The notes beneath the pieces were generated by a model that was given only the letters and a program-made list of their open reading frames with translations, had not been told where the DNA came from and made no database searches. Below, piece by piece: positions 19,845-31,579 of a stretch of 64,000 nucleotides of DNA. The translations under genes and the position numbers were made by a program. Each line of letters starts with the position of its first letter. The stretch's first letter is position 1. This DNA comes from Anaeromyxobacteraceae bacterium. GTDB lineage: Bacteria; Myxococcota; Myxococcia; Myxococcales; Anaeromyxobacteraceae. The stretch spans positions 1,248,001 to 1,312,000 of the forward strand of contig JASGHJ010000001.1 in NCBI GenBank assembly GCA_047602405.1, given 5' to 3'.

Positions 19845-21601
19845 GGCCGCGCGGCCGCCCGGAGCACCGGGTAGCGCCGGTAGTTCCGGTCCCAGGACGG
19901 ATGGCGCCTCGCCCACCAGTCGAGGCGGTCGTCGCGCCGCGTGGCGCCGGCGGCGGGCGCCTTCCCGGCCGGGGTGGGCGACTCGGGCGGGAAGGCCCTC
20001 TCGAACTCGGCCTTCACGGCGGGGTCCTTCAGCTGCTCGCGGGCCCACGTCTCGAGGACGTACGGCTCGATGTACTCGGCCCGGACGAAGTGAGGGTTGA
20101 ACTCCCCCCACGCCAGGAACGAGTCCGGCGCCTCCGGCTCGAGGAGGCTCGCCGCCATGAGCGCGCGCGGCTGCGCGGCCGGGATCCACAGCGCGCCGGC
20201 GCGGACCTCGTGCCGCTCCGGTCGCCACGCGCCCTTCACGGTGAGCCGCTGCCGGCCCTCGTTCGAGGTCGCGCCGAACTCGACCGTGTCGGCCCGGTAG
20301 GCCTCCACGTCCGCCCCCGCGACCGTCGCGGCGACGCGCTCGAACCGCACGCCGTGCAGCCGGAGGCGCTCCTCGAGCCGCGCCGCGTGTGCCGCGGGCA
20401 CGATCCAGCCGCCCGCCGGCAGGGTCACCGTGAGCGACGGCCTGGGGTCCTGCCGGACCGGCACGTCCAGCACCGCCGGCGTGCCCTCGTCGTAGACCGG
20501 GATCGGCGTGCCGGTGATGACCGAGGCCGGCCGCGTGTACGCGTAGCCCTGGAACGCGAACCTCTCGACGCGCTCGCCCTCGCTCCAGGCGAGCACGACG
20601 TCCTTCCCGGCGAGGCCGTTCGCGGCCGCGTCCGCCGCGTCCTCGGCGGCGCGCCAGGCGGCGCCGCGCTCGGCGCCGAGCGCGAGCAGCACCTCGACGA
20701 AGTCGACGGCGGTCTTCACCCGGTGCGCGTACGGTCGCCACGAGTGCGCCTCGTAGAGGATGCCCAGCCGGTTGCGGTTCGCCCAGTACGACTGCGAGAA
20801 GCGCGGCGGCGCGACGCCGGTGGCGAAGCCGCTCGTCGGATCGCGCTCGTCCTCGAAGGATGGGTAGAAGTCGAGCGGCAGGTGCCCGCGCGCGGTCATC
20901 CGCTCCTGGATCGCCTGCGAGAGCGCGTCGCCCACCGGCCGCAGCGAGGCGTCCCAGCCGAGGCGCGGCTCGACCATGATCGACACGTCGTGGCGGAACT
21001 TCGAGCCGTCGGTGACGTGCAGGTCGGCGTAGACGACCGGATCCCACTCGGAGAGGAGCCGCAGCATCGCGCGCGTCTCGGGCGCGTCGGCCTTCACGTA
21101 GTCGCGGTTGAGGTTGAGGTTCTGCGCGTTCGTGCGCCAGCCGCCCTCGGCGGGGCCGCGCTGGTTCGGGCGCTGGTCGGGGCCGAAGCGCTCGTGGCCG
21201 TCCACGTTGAAGACCGGCACGAAGACCGCGGTGACGCGCCCGAGGGCCCCGCCGTCCTTCGACGCGAGCAGCGGCCGGAGCGCCATGAAGCCCGCGTCCT
21301 TCCCGTCGAGCTCGCCCGCGTGGATGGCGCCGTGGAAGAGCACCACCGGGCGCTTCCTCGCGCGGGCGGCCTTCGCGTCGAGCACGCCGTCGGCGCTCGC
21401 CGCGAGCGCGACCATGGGCCGGCCCTCCGGCGTCTCGCCGAACGTGAAGCAGCGCGCGCGTCGCGGGTGGGCGGCGGCGAAGGCGCGGCAGAGCGCGACG
21501 GCCTCGTCGTAGCGCCCGGTGCGCTCGAAGCCTGACTTCTCGGCCGTGGTGAGGAGGTCGGGGGAGGCCGAGACGGCCAGTGCGAGCAGGGGAGCGAGCA
21601 T
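19841..21601 (-). CDS. M14 family zinc carboxypeptidase-like protein, secreted
   Basis: IHAGELDG, FNVDGHE, NLNRDY, DLHVTDG; signal peptide. Confidence 0.88.
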   Translation of the reverse strand: MLAPLLALAVSASPDLLTTAEKSGFERTGRYDEAVALCRAFAAAHPRRARCFTFGETPEGRPMVALAASADGVLDAKAARARKRPVVLFHGAIHAGELDGKDAGFMALRPLLASKDGGALGRVTAVFVPVFNVDGHERFGPDQRPNQRGPAEGGWRTNAQNLNLNRDYVKADAPETRAMLRLLSEWDPVVYADLHVTDGSKFRHDVSIMVEPRLGWDASLRPVGDALSQAIQERMTARGHLPLDFYPSFEDERDPTSGFATGVAPPRFSQSYWANRNRLGILYEAHSWRPYAHRVKTAVDFVEVLLALGAERGAAWRAAEDAADAAANGLAGKDVVLAWSEGERVERFAFQGYAYTRPASVITGTPIPVYDEGTPAVLDVPVRQDPRPSLTVTLPAGGWIVPAAHAARLEERLRLHGVRFERVAATVAGADVEAYRADTVEFGATSNEGRQRLTVKGAWRPERHEVRAGALWIPAAQPRALMAASLLEPEAPDSFLAWGEFNPHFVRAEYIEPYVLETWAREQLKDPAVKAEFERAFPPESPTPAGKAPAAGATRRDDRLDWWARRHPSWDRNYRRYPVLRAAARP

Positions 21602-21626
21602 GGGGCGGCATCATAGCCGCCCCGGC

Positions 21627-22865
<1,239 letters not shown>

Positions 22866-23047
22866 TCAGTACGGGGCCGGTGTGCGACGGCGGGTGACGC
22901 GGACGGGTCGTCCGTTCGGAACCGGCCGGGCGGGCGCCGGGAGGGTCGATATCGGCGGACCGGGCGTGTCCGGCACCTCCGGGTCCCCGGTTCACGGGCC
23001 GGGCGTCCGCCTTGGTACGGGCCGCAACGCGCTGTAGTCTCGCGCGG

Positions 23048-25840
23048 ATGGCGACGGACCCTGCCTCGCCGCAACAGCCACCGTGCTCGAAGTGCGGGTA
23101 CCTCGCCGACACCTCGGCCGGGCCCGTCAACTTCTGCCCGGCCTGCGGCCAGGACCTGCGGCAGGCGGGCGCCTCCACCCCGAAGACCCTCAAGCACGCG
23201 TACATCGGGCAGGTCGTCGCCGAGCGCTACCGGCTCCTCTCGCTCGTCGGCGAGGGCGGCATGGGGGCGGTCTTCAAGGCCGAGCACGTCCGCATGGGGA
23301 AGGCGCTGGCGCTCAAGATCCTGCGCGGCGACTACGCGGACGACGAGGGGGCCATCGACCGGTTCCGGTCCGAGGCGGCGATCGTCTCCCGCCTCTCGCA
23401 CCCCCACACCATCGCGGTCTTCGACTTCGGCGAGGTGGAGGGCACGGGCGGGCTCTACCTCGCGATGGAGTACGTGCCGGGGAAGGACCTCGCCCACCTG
23501 CTCAAGGGCGAGGGCAAGCTCCACGAGGAGCGCGCCGCCGAGATCGGCCAGCAGATCCTGGGCTCGCTCGCCGAGGCGCACGAGGCCGGCATCGTCCACC
23601 GCGACGTGAAGCCCGGCAACGTGATGCTGATGCAGGCGCGCCCGGGCGAGGACTTCGTGAAGGTTCTCGACTTCGGCATCGCCAAGTTCCGCGACGAGAA
23701 GGGCTCGCTCACCGGCGCGGGCACCATCATCGGCACACCGAGCTACCTCGCGCCCGAGCAGGCGCGCGGCGACGACGTCGACAACCGCACCGACCTCTAC
23801 GCGCTCGGGTGCCTCCTCTACGAGCTCACCGCGGGGCACCCGCCCTTCGTGAAGAAGACGCCGATGGAGGTGGTGGGCGCGCACCTGAGGGAGGAGCCGC
23901 CGCCGCTCGAGCGCGAGGCGCCGCACGTCTCCACCCGCTTCGCCGAGATCGTCCACCGCGCGCTGCAGAAGGACCCTGCCGATCGCTGGCAGAACGCCGA
24001 CCAGATGCGCGACGCGCTCCTCGCGCTCGGGCGCGGGTCGCCCGCCGGCGAGGGCCAGCTCCCGGCCCACTTCACGACCGGCGAGCTCGAGATCGCGAAC
24101 CGCGACGACTTCAAGGAGTTCGAGGCGCAGCTCGCCGCGCTCGAGCGCAGCCACCGCGCGCTGCCGGTGGCGCTCGCCACGGCCGGGCTCGCGGTGGTGC
24201 TCGCCGCGCTCGTCGCCTGGCAGTGGGACGGCGTCTACGGGCTCCTCGCGCGGAAGCTCCCCGCGGTCGCGCAGGCCGTGCCGGCGGCGCTGCGGCCCGC
24301 CACGCTCTACGACGGCAACGAGCACGAGCCCAACGACGTGCCCGACCAGGCGAACCCGCTGCCCATCCCGCCCGGGCCCCAGGGCCAGCCGGCCGGCGGC
24401 GTCGCCGTGATGCGCGGCTTCATCGGGCCGAAGCTGTCGGAGGACGCCGGCGACGCGGACATCTACCGCATCGAGGTGCCGAAGGAGGCCGGCCTGCGCG
24501 TGCTCGCCGCGGAGTGGCACGGGGAGAAGCCGGGCGAGGGCATCCGGGGCCTCGACGTCGCGCTCTCCCTCAACCGCGCGCGCGAGGGCGGCGACCCGCG
24601 CTCGTCCGCGCCGCTCGTCGCGACCGTGAACCGCGGCGGGCCGGGCCGGCCCGAGCTGCTCGCCGCGTCGGTCGAGCCCGGCACGTACTTCCTCACGGTG
24701 CGCGAGGTGCACGGCCGCGCCACCGGGCCGGTGGAGAAGCCCAGCGACCCCTACGTGCTCGAGCTCCGGCTCGGCGAGGCCGGCCCCGGGCAGGAGCTCG
24801 AGCCGAACGACGCGCCCGACAGGGTCGCGGCCCGCTTCCAGCGCTACCCGGAGTGGCGCGAGCTCGCCTCGCGCAACGTCCTCGGCGAGGGGAGCCCGGT
24901 GCGCGGCGACACGAGCGCCGAGGACTGGGACACCTGGGCGGTCGCTCCGCGCCAGGCCGGCGAGGCGCCCGAGGCGATCGTGGGCATCCCCGAGCCCGAC
25001 CTCGCGCTCGAGGCGAAGCTCTGGACGCCCGACGGGAAGGACCTCGAGCCGCCGTCGCCGCCCGTCGACCGCGTCCGCTTCGGGAAGCCGCAGGCCGCCC
25101 GGCCGGGTGAGATCCTCGCGGTGAGGCTCGCGGGCGTGCCCCGGGCCGAGGCGCCCGCGCTCCTGGCGATCCACGCGGCCTCGGGCGCGGGCAGCTACGC
25201 GCTCCTCGGCCTCGGGCAGGGCGCTGCCGCGGCCGCCGCGGTGCGGGAGCAGGTCGACGCGCTCGCCCGCGACGGGCGGGAGGTCGCCGCGCTCCAGCTC
25301 GCCGCGGCCTACGCGGGCCTCGTGCCGCGCGCGCCCGGCCGTGCCGAGGCGCTCGTGGCCGCGGGCCGCATCGCCGAGTCGCTCGCCGATCGGGTCGACC
25401 CCGAGGTCGCCGCGCTGCACGACCGCGCGGCGAAGCTCCTCGGCGCGCCCATCTTCGAGGCGGCCGGCAACAGGGTCCGCTACCGCGGCGCCTTCGAGGC
25501 GCGCGTCCAGGGCGAGGGCCGCTCCGCGGAGGAGGCCGGGCTGCGCCTCGTGCGGCTCGCCGCGCCGTGCACGCCCGTCGAGGTGGCCGCGCGCGCGGCC
25601 GCGTTCCTCGCGAAGAAGCCCGCCGCCGACCTCGCCGAGGAGGCGCGCCTGCTGCGCGCCCGCGCGCTCGAGGAGGCCTACTTCGCGGCCCCCCGGGAGC
25701 GCGGTCGCCTCGGGGCGGCGCAGGACGCGTGGAGGGCGGTGGGGACCACCGGCCGGAACGGCGCCGAGGCGAAGGCGCGGCTGCGCGCGCTCGGCGCGAA
25801 GGCGCCGGCCCGGGCGAAGGTCGCGCCGGTCTGCGAGTAG
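23048..25840 (+). CDS. Ser/Thr protein kinase with N-terminal zinc ribbon, TM segment and extracytoplasmic PPC-like domains
   Basis: CSKC/CPAC; GEGGMG, HRDVKPGN, DFG, APE; TM segment; EHEPND and ELEPND motifs. Confidence 0.9.
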   Translation: MATDPASPQQPPCSKCGYLADTSAGPVNFCPACGQDLRQAGASTPKTLKHAYIGQVVAERYRLLSLVGEGGMGAVFKAEHVRMGKALALKILRGDYADDEGAIDRFRSEAAIVSRLSHPHTIAVFDFGEVEGTGGLYLAMEYVPGKDLAHLLKGEGKLHEERAAEIGQQILGSLAEAHEAGIVHRDVKPGNVMLMQARPGEDFVKVLDFGIAKFRDEKGSLTGAGTIIGTPSYLAPEQARGDDVDNRTDLYALGCLLYELTAGHPPFVKKTPMEVVGAHLREEPPPLEREAPHVSTRFAEIVHRALQKDPADRWQNADQMRDALLALGRGSPAGEGQLPAHFTTGELEIANRDDFKEFEAQLAALERSHRALPVALATAGLAVVLAALVAWQWDGVYGLLARKLPAVAQAVPAALRPATLYDGNEHEPNDVPDQANPLPIPPGPQGQPAGGVAVMRGFIGPKLSEDAGDADIYRIEVPKEAGLRVLAAEWHGEKPGEGIRGLDVALSLNRAREGGDPRSSAPLVATVNRGGPGRPELLAASVEPGTYFLTVREVHGRATGPVEKPSDPYVLELRLGEAGPGQELEPNDAPDRVAARFQRYPEWRELASRNVLGEGSPVRGDTSAEDWDTWAVAPRQAGEAPEAIVGIPEPDLALEAKLWTPDGKDLEPPSPPVDRVRFGKPQAARPGEILAVRLAGVPRAEAPALLAIHAASGAGSYALLGLGQGAAAAAAVREQVDALARDGREVAALQLAAAYAGLVPRAPGRAEALVAAGRIAESLADRVDPEVAALHDRAAKLLGAPIFEAAGNRVRYRGAFEARVQGEGRSAEEAGLRLVRLAAPCTPVEVAARAAAFLAKKPAADLAEEARLLRARALEEAYFAAPRERGRLGAAQDAWRAVGTTGRNGAEAKARLRALGAKAPARAKVAPVCE

Positions 25841-25935
25841 GCCGGCGTCGACGGCCCGGAGGGGAACGATCGCTCACGTCCTCGCGCCCGCGGGCGCGCG
25901 AGCGGAGTCGAGCCCATTTCGCCTACGATGGCGGG

Positions 25936-27411
25936 GTGACGTCCTCGTCCGCCCCGCCGCCCGCGGACCTCCTCGCGGTGATGCTCGCCTCCATGCGGGA
26001 GGGCGTCGTCGTGTACGGCGGCGGCGGCGAGCTCCTCCTCATGAACCCGGCCGCGGAGCGGATCCTGGGCTTCACGGCCGCCGAGTGGCGGTCCGCGGGC
26101 AGCCTGCGGGAGCGGGCCGACCTGCTCCGGCTCTCCCGCACCGACGGGACGCCCCTCCCGCTCGAGGACTCGCCCTCGGTCCGCGCCGCGCGGGGCGAGC
26201 CCAGCCAGGCCGAGCTGTTGCTGTCTCGCCGGGGGAAAGAGCGCGTTCGCGTCTGGGTGAACGCCTCTCCCATGCGAGGGCCGGACGGCGGGGTGTCCGG
26301 CTTCGTCACCACGTTCGACGACGTGACCGCGCACCGGGACGCAGAGGAGGCTGCGCGCGGCCACGCGGCCACCCTGGACGCCTTCCTCGCCAAGGCGCCG
26401 ATGATCGTGAACCTGCTCGACGAGGACCTGCGGTTCCTCGCCACCGACGCCCTCGCGCCGCGGTTCTTCGGGCTCGATCGGGAGAGCATCCGCGGGCGCA
26501 GCCTCTACGAGCTCAGCCCGGAGGCCCGGGTGGACGAGCCCCGGCTGCGCCAGGTCCTCGCGACCGGCGAGCCGGTCGCCGACCGCGACGTGGAGTTCAA
26601 GGTGCCCGGCCGCGCGGAGTCGGCGTGGTTCCGCACGTCGTCCTTCCCGGTGCCGCTCGCCGGAGGGCGGCGCGGCGTCGGGAGCGTCTCGATCGACATC
26701 ACCGAGCAGAAGCGCGCCGCGCGAGCGCTGGCGGAGCAGCGCGAGCAGCTGCGCGCGCTGACCCGCCGCCTGCAGGAGGTGCGAGAGGACGAGAAGCGGC
26801 GCCTCGCCCGCGACCTCCACGACGGCCTCGGCCAGGTCCTGACCGCGCTGCAGCTCGAGGTGCGCGCCGCGGAGGATCTCGTCGAGGAGCTGCCGGCGGA
26901 CGACCGGTCCGGACGCCTCGCGGACCGGCTCGTGGCCGCCCAGGAGCACTGCAGCTCGGCCCTGGAGCTCGTGCAGCGCATCGCGAGCGGACTGCGCTCG
27001 GAGGCCCTCGACCGGCTCGGGCTCGACGCGGCGCTGCGGCAGGAGCTGCGCCGGTTCCAGGCGCGCACCGGGCTCGCCGTCGAGGAGGCGCTCGCGCCCG
27101 TGCGGCTCGAGCCGCCGGTCGCGAGCGCGCTCTACCGGATCGCGCAGGAGGCGCTCACGAACGTGGTGCGCCACGCCGGCGCGCGGCGCGTGCTCGTCCG
27201 GCTGACCGCCGAGGCCCGGGCCACCGTGCTCGAGATCGCCGACGACGGGCGCGGGCTGCAGACGGTCCCTCGCGACGACGCCCGGCTCGGGCTCCTCGGC
27301 ATGCGCGAGCGCGCCCGCGAGTTCGGCGGCGACGTCGACGTCGAGGCGCGGCCGGGGGGCGGCACCCGCGTGGTCGCCCGGATCCCCTCGCCCCCGGAGG
27401 TCCCCGCGTGA
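25936..27411 (+). CDS. PAS-PAS sensor histidine kinase (HisKA_3 type)
   Basis: NPAAERILG PAS; EKRRLARDLHDGLGQ; QEALTNVVRHA; DDGRG; start approximate. Confidence 0.88.
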   Translation: MTSSSAPPPADLLAVMLASMREGVVVYGGGGELLLMNPAAERILGFTAAEWRSAGSLRERADLLRLSRTDGTPLPLEDSPSVRAARGEPSQAELLLSRRGKERVRVWVNASPMRGPDGGVSGFVTTFDDVTAHRDAEEAARGHAATLDAFLAKAPMIVNLLDEDLRFLATDALAPRFFGLDRESIRGRSLYELSPEARVDEPRLRQVLATGEPVADRDVEFKVPGRAESAWFRTSSFPVPLAGGRRGVGSVSIDITEQKRAARALAEQREQLRALTRRLQEVREDEKRRLARDLHDGLGQVLTALQLEVRAAEDLVEELPADDRSGRLADRLVAAQEHCSSALELVQRIASGLRSEALDRLGLDAALRQELRRFQARTGLAVEEALAPVRLEPPVASALYRIAQEALTNVVRHAGARRVLVRLTAEARATVLEIADDGRGLQTVPRDDARLGLLGMRERAREFGGDVDVEARPGGGTRVVARIPSPPEVPA

Positions 27412-28040
27412 CCCGCATCCTCCTCGTCGAGGACCACGAGCTCCTCCGGCACGGCACGCGGGGCGTCCTGGAGCAGGCGCTCCCGGGGGTCGAGATCGGC
27501 GAGGCGGGCGACGCGGCCGCCGCGTCCCGGCTCATCGCCGAGGGGCGGTGGGACCTCGGGATCGTCGACCTCAACCTGCCCGGCCGCTCGGGCCTGGAGC
27601 TCCTCGAGGAGCTCGCCGGAGGAGCGACCCCGCTCCGCATCCTCGTCCTGTCGGCCTCGCCGGAGGAGGAGCTCGCGATCCGGTGCCTGCGCCTCGGCGC
27701 GGTCGGGTACCTCACGAAGGCGAGCGCCGCGGCGGAGCTCGTGGTCGCGGTGAAGCGGGCGCTCGCGGGCGGCCGCTACGTGTCGCGGCGGCTCGGGGAG
27801 CTGCTCGCGGCCGAGCTCGGGGGCGTCTCCGACGCGCCCCTCCACGACGCGCTGTCGCCGCGCGAGCTGCAGGTCCTGAAGCTCCTCGCCGCCGGGCGCA
27901 CGCTGCGTGAGATCGGCGTCGAGCTGCACCTCTCGGAGAAGACGGTCGCGACGTACCGGGCCCGGATCGCGGAGAAGCTCGACATCTCCCGGCTCGCCGA
28001 CCTCGTCCGGTACGCCGTGAAGCACGGGCTCATCGCCTGA
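27408..28040 (+). CDS. NarL/LuxR family response regulator
   Basis: ILLVEDH, VDLNLPG, LSPRELQVL..LSEKTVATYR; GTGA overlap with the kinase. Confidence 0.92.
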   Translation: MTRILLVEDHELLRHGTRGVLEQALPGVEIGEAGDAAAASRLIAEGRWDLGIVDLNLPGRSGLELLEELAGGATPLRILVLSASPEEELAIRCLRLGAVGYLTKASAAAELVVAVKRALAGGRYVSRRLGELLAAELGGVSDAPLHDALSPRELQVLKLLAAGRTLREIGVELHLSEKTVATYRARIAEKLDISRLADLVRYAVKHGLIA

Positions 28041-28061
28041 CCGGCGCGCCCGCGCGCGGCC

Positions 28062-29342
28062 TCAACGCAGCCCCGCCTCGATGGCGCGCGCCTCCTCGGC
28101 GAGGCCCTCCACGACGGCATGGAAGCCCTTGAACTGCTCGATCCGCGCCGCGGGGAGCCGGCGGCGCAGCTCGGCGGCGATGCGCGGCACGCGCGCGGTG
28201 CCGCCGGTGCAGCAGACCACCGTCACGTCGCCCGGCGCGACCCCCGCGTCGGCGAGCGTCGCGTCGAGGCAGGCGAGGATCGCGTCGACCTCGCGCTGGC
28301 TCCCCTGCTCGAACGCGCGGCGGGTGAGCGGCTCCCGGACGTCGATGTCGGCGTACTCGAAGCGCACCACCGTCTTCTCCGCCTCGGACACGGCCCGCTT
28401 CGCCTGCTCGATGGCCTCGAAGAGCGCGAAGCCCTGCGTGTCCTCGACGAGCACGCGCAGCTGATCCATCCGGCGCTGGTCGTCGGCGCCGAGCGACCAG
28501 CGCCGCACGTCGTCGAGGAAGCTCGCGACGTCCCGGCGCTGCAGCATCGACAGGTGCGCAGGCGAGAGGAGGTGGCTCATCACCCCGCTCGGCATGGTGA
28601 GCACGTTCTTCCCGAACGGGACCCGGTACTGGACCTCTGCGCCGAAGTGGCGGCTGACGCGCTCGCGCATGATGGAGGCGTCGAGCGCGTCGCCGGCGAT
28701 GCCCACGCCGCCCACCGCGAGCACCTCGCCGCCCGCCGCGTCGCCGGGCGCGAGGCGCAGCACGGTGAAGTCGGAGGTGCCGCCGCCGAAGTCGCCGACG
28801 AGCGCGAGCTCCTCCCTCGCCGTCGCCGCGCCGAACGCGCGCGCGGCGGCGACCGGCTCGGGGAGGAAGCGGACCTCCTCGAAGCCGGCGGCCTCGGCGG
28901 CCCGGCGCAGCCGGCCCTCGGCGAACGCGTCGTCCTCGCCCTGGAAGTGGACCGGCCGGCCGAGGAGCGCGCGCCTCACCTCGACGCCGAGGTGGCGGTC
29001 GGCGCGCTCGCGCATCGTCCGGAGCAGGTGGGCGACGAGGTCCTCGGCCGAGACCATCCGGCCGCGCACCACCGTGCCGCGGAAGTTCTTCGAGCCGAGG
29101 TGGTGCTTCACCGAGCGGAGCAGGCGCGCCTCGCCGCCGTGCTCCACGTACGCCGCGAGCGCCGCGGCGCCCACGAACGCGCCGCCCTCGTCCGGGAAGC
29201 ACAGGATGCTGCGGAGCACCGTCGGATCGGACGCATCCGGGTCGAGCGGCACCGGCGGGAAGGTGCGCTCGGCGCTCGCCGCCGCGAGGAGCGAGTTCGA
29301 GGTGCCGAAGTCGACGGCGTAGAGGGTGGGGCGGTCCGGCAC
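28062..29342 (-). CDS. Hsp70 family protein (YegD-like)
   Basis: VDFGTSNS, PEPVAAA, DFGGGTSDF, CTGGTAR. Confidence 0.88.
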   Translation of the reverse strand: MPDRPTLYAVDFGTSNSLLAAASAERTFPPVPLDPDASDPTVLRSILCFPDEGGAFVGAAALAAYVEHGGEARLLRSVKHHLGSKNFRGTVVRGRMVSAEDLVAHLLRTMRERADRHLGVEVRRALLGRPVHFQGEDDAFAEGRLRRAAEAAGFEEVRFLPEPVAAARAFGAATAREELALVGDFGGGTSDFTVLRLAPGDAAGGEVLAVGGVGIAGDALDASIMRERVSRHFGAEVQYRVPFGKNVLTMPSGVMSHLLSPAHLSMLQRRDVASFLDDVRRWSLGADDQRRMDQLRVLVEDTQGFALFEAIEQAKRAVSEAEKTVVRFEYADIDVREPLTRRAFEQGSQREVDAILACLDATLADAGVAPGDVTVVCCTGGTARVPRIAAELRRRLPAARIEQFKGFHAVVEGLAEEARAIEAGLR

Positions 29343-29461
29343 GGAGCGCGCGGAATTCTCACGGCCCGGGCCGGCGCGCAAGAGGCCGCGCGTCGGGCGC
29401 CCCTCGCGAGGGGCCCCGCAGGGTCCGGGCGAGCGGCGTCGAGCCACGGCACCACACCGCC

Positions 29462-29944
29462 ATGAGGGCCACCGTCCGGAAGGTCGCGACCTCGGCGGCC
29501 GCCACGCCCGAGCGCCGCCTCGCGTCCTTCGTCGCGAAGTTCACGCCGTCCATGGCCGCGCGCATCCGCGCCGCGCGCCGCAAGCTCCGCGCGCTCGTGC
29601 CCGGCGCGACCGAGCTCGTGTACGACAACTACAACTTCTTCGTGATCGGGTTCGGGCCCGGCCCGCGGCCCTCCGACGCGGTCCTGTCGCTCGCGTGCCA
29701 GCGCAGCGGGATCGCGCTCTGCTTCCTGCGCGGCGTCGGCCTGCCGGACCCCCAGGGGCTCCTGCGGGGGGCCGGCAGCCAGGTGCGTTCCATCAAGCTC
29801 GAGGACGACCGCACGCTCGACGCGGCGCCGGTGCGGGCGCTCGTGCGGGCCGCCGTCACGCGGTCGCGGACGCCCTTCGACCCGAAGGCGCGGCGCGCGC
29901 TCGTCATCCGCTCGGTGTCCGCGAAGCAGCGGCCGCGGCGGTGA
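29462..29944 (+). CDS. Hypothetical protein (DUF1801-like)
   Basis: ELVYDNYNFFVIGF, LPDPQGLLRGAG, SVSAKQRPRR. Confidence 0.65.
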   Translation: MRATVRKVATSAAATPERRLASFVAKFTPSMAARIRAARRKLRALVPGATELVYDNYNFFVIGFGPGPRPSDAVLSLACQRSGIALCFLRGVGLPDPQGLLRGAGSQVRSIKLEDDRTLDAAPVRALVRAAVTRSRTPFDPKARRALVIRSVSAKQRPRR

Positions 29945-29995
29945 GGGAAGGGCCAGCCACGGCGGCCCTCCCGCCCGCCTCACTCGCCTCACGGG

Positions 29996-30031
29996 AAAAG
30001 AAGAAGGGCCAGCCGGTCGGGCTGGCCCTTC
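29996..30031 (-). terminator. Rho-independent terminator downstream of rplI
   Basis: 12-bp stem GAAGGGCCAGCC/GGCTGGCCCTTC followed by a T-rich tract on the minus strand. Confidence 0.75.
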
Positions 30032-30080
30032 GTGGATCCAGGCTGACCTGGTTCCGCGGCGGACGGGGTCCGCCGCGGTG

Positions 30081-30527
30081 CTAGGCTTCCGCCTCGACCG
30101 TCAGCTTCACCTTGGCGACGACCTCGGAGTGCAGCTTCACCGGGATCTCGTGCGCGCCCACGGTCTTGATGGGCTCGGCGAGGTCGATGGAGCGGCGGTC
30201 GAGCTGGACGCCGCGGGCCGCGAGGGCCTCGGCGACGTCGAGCGCGGTGACCGAGCCGTACAGCTTGTCCTGCTCGCCGACCTTGCGCTTGAGCGTGATC
30301 GGGGTGTCGCTGAGGCGCTTCGCGACGGCCTCGGCGGAAGCCTTGAGCTTCGCCGCCTTGGCGGACGCCATCGCCTTCTCGTGCTCGAGCTCGCGCACGT
30401 TCTTCGTGCTCGCCGGCACGGCGAGGCCGCGCGGGATGAGGAAGTTCCGCCCGTAGCCGGGCTTCACGTCCACCACCTCGCCGCCCTTGCCGAGGTTGTC
30501 CACGTCTTCACGGAGGATGAGCTTCAT
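30081..30527 (-). CDS. rplI: 50S ribosomal protein L9
   Basis: [32 protein letters not shown]. Confidence 0.98.
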   Translation of the reverse strand: MKLILREDVDNLGKGGEVVDVKPGYGRNFLIPRGLAVPASTKNVRELEHEKAMASAKAAKLKASAEAVAKRLSDTPITLKRKVGEQDKLYGSVTALDVAEALAARGVQLDRRSIDLAEPIKTVGAHEIPVKLHSEVVAKVKLTVEAEA

Positions 30528-30539
30528 GGCTGGCCTCTC

Positions 30540-30992
30540 TCAGATCTGCCCGACGGTGTAGGGCAGGATCGCGAGCATGCGGGCCCGCTTGACCGCCGTG
30601 GCGACCTCGCGCTGGTGCTTCGCGCAGTTGCCGCTGATCCGCCGGGGGATGATCTTGCCGCGCTCGGTGAGGAAGTACTTGAGCTGGCCCTGGTCCTTGT
30701 AGTCGACCTTCAGCGCCTTGTCGGCGCAGAACCGGCAGACCTTGCGACGGCCGAAGCCGCGCCGCCCGCCGCCCTCGTCGCCGCCGCGGTCGTCGCCGCC
30801 GCGCCCGCCGCCGAAGCCGCGGTCCTCGCGGTCGCCGCCGCCGTAGCCGCCGCCCCCGCCACCGCCGCGCCCGCCGCCGTAGCCGCCGCCACCACCACCG
30901 AACCCGCCGCCGCCACCGCCGCCGAAGCCGCCGCCGCGGGGACCGCCGGAACCGCCACCCATCTTGGGACCGCCCATGTCAGGACGCGCCAT
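30540..30992 (-). CDS. rpsR: 30S ribosomal protein S18 with Gly-rich N-terminal extension
   Basis: [31 protein letters not shown]. Confidence 0.96.
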   Translation of the reverse strand: MARPDMGGPKMGGGSGGPRGGGFGGGGGGGFGGGGGGYGGGRGGGGGGGYGGGDREDRGFGGGRGGDDRGGDEGGGRRGFGRRKVCRFCADKALKVDYKDQGQLKYFLTERGKIIPRRISGNCAKHQREVATAVKRARMLAILPYTVGQI

Positions 30993-30995
30993 GGC

Positions 30996-31448
30996 CTACT
31001 CCTCCCGCTCTTCCGAGGGCTCGGCCTCGAAGCCGTCCTCACCAGGGGTGAACTCACCGCGCTCCTCGCGAGGCTTGGTCTCCTCCTCGGGGGCGGTGAT
31101 CTTGACGTCCTGCTCCACCTGGCGCGCCTCGAAGTCCACGTCCTCGGCCACCTTCACCGACTGGAACTTCTGGACGACGTCGAGCATGCGCAGGTTGCGC
31201 TCGAACTCGGCCACGAGGCCGGGCTTGCCGACGTACAGGCAGTGCATGTAGAGGGCCTTCGGGTTCTTGCCGACCGGGAAGGCGGTCTTCCGCTTCCCCT
31301 GGTTCGTGAACCGGATGACCTTCCCGCCCTCGCGGCTGACCACGCCGCGCAGGCGCTCCTTGATCTCCTCCACCTGGTCGTCGGGCGTCTCCGCCTTGAG
31401 CAGGTAGATGGTCTCGTACTCGCGCACGAGCTGCTTCGTCTCGGGCAT
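30996..31448 (-). CDS. rpsF: 30S ribosomal protein S6
   Basis: REYETIYLL, acidic tail, operon context. Confidence 0.93.
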   Translation of the reverse strand: MPETKQLVREYETIYLLKAETPDDQVEEIKERLRGVVSREGGKVIRFTNQGKRKTAFPVGKNPKALYMHCLYVGKPGLVAEFERNLRMLDVVQKFQSVKVAEDVDFEARQVEQDVKITAPEEETKPREERGEFTPGEDGFEAEPSEEREE

Positions 31449-31453
31449 CTTGT

Positions 31454-31499
31454 GCTCCCCTCGGGTCTGAAAGCGGCGGTTCACCCGCCGCGAGGAGTC
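31454..31499 (-). promoter_or_regulatory. Putative S6:S18 autoregulatory leader RNA
   Basis: Minus strand CTCCTCG-[GCGGCGG/CCGCCGC hairpin]-…GACC-CGAGGGGAG: anti-SD pairing that sequesters the rpsF SD, with a CC-containing bulge. Confidence 0.6.
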
Positions 31500-31579
31500 C
31501 CTGTGAGTCCGCGTCCCGGCCCCATGCCGGTCCGCGGGTGCTTCCTTCAGCCGTCCTGCCCTGCGCCGCCGGCGTCCTG

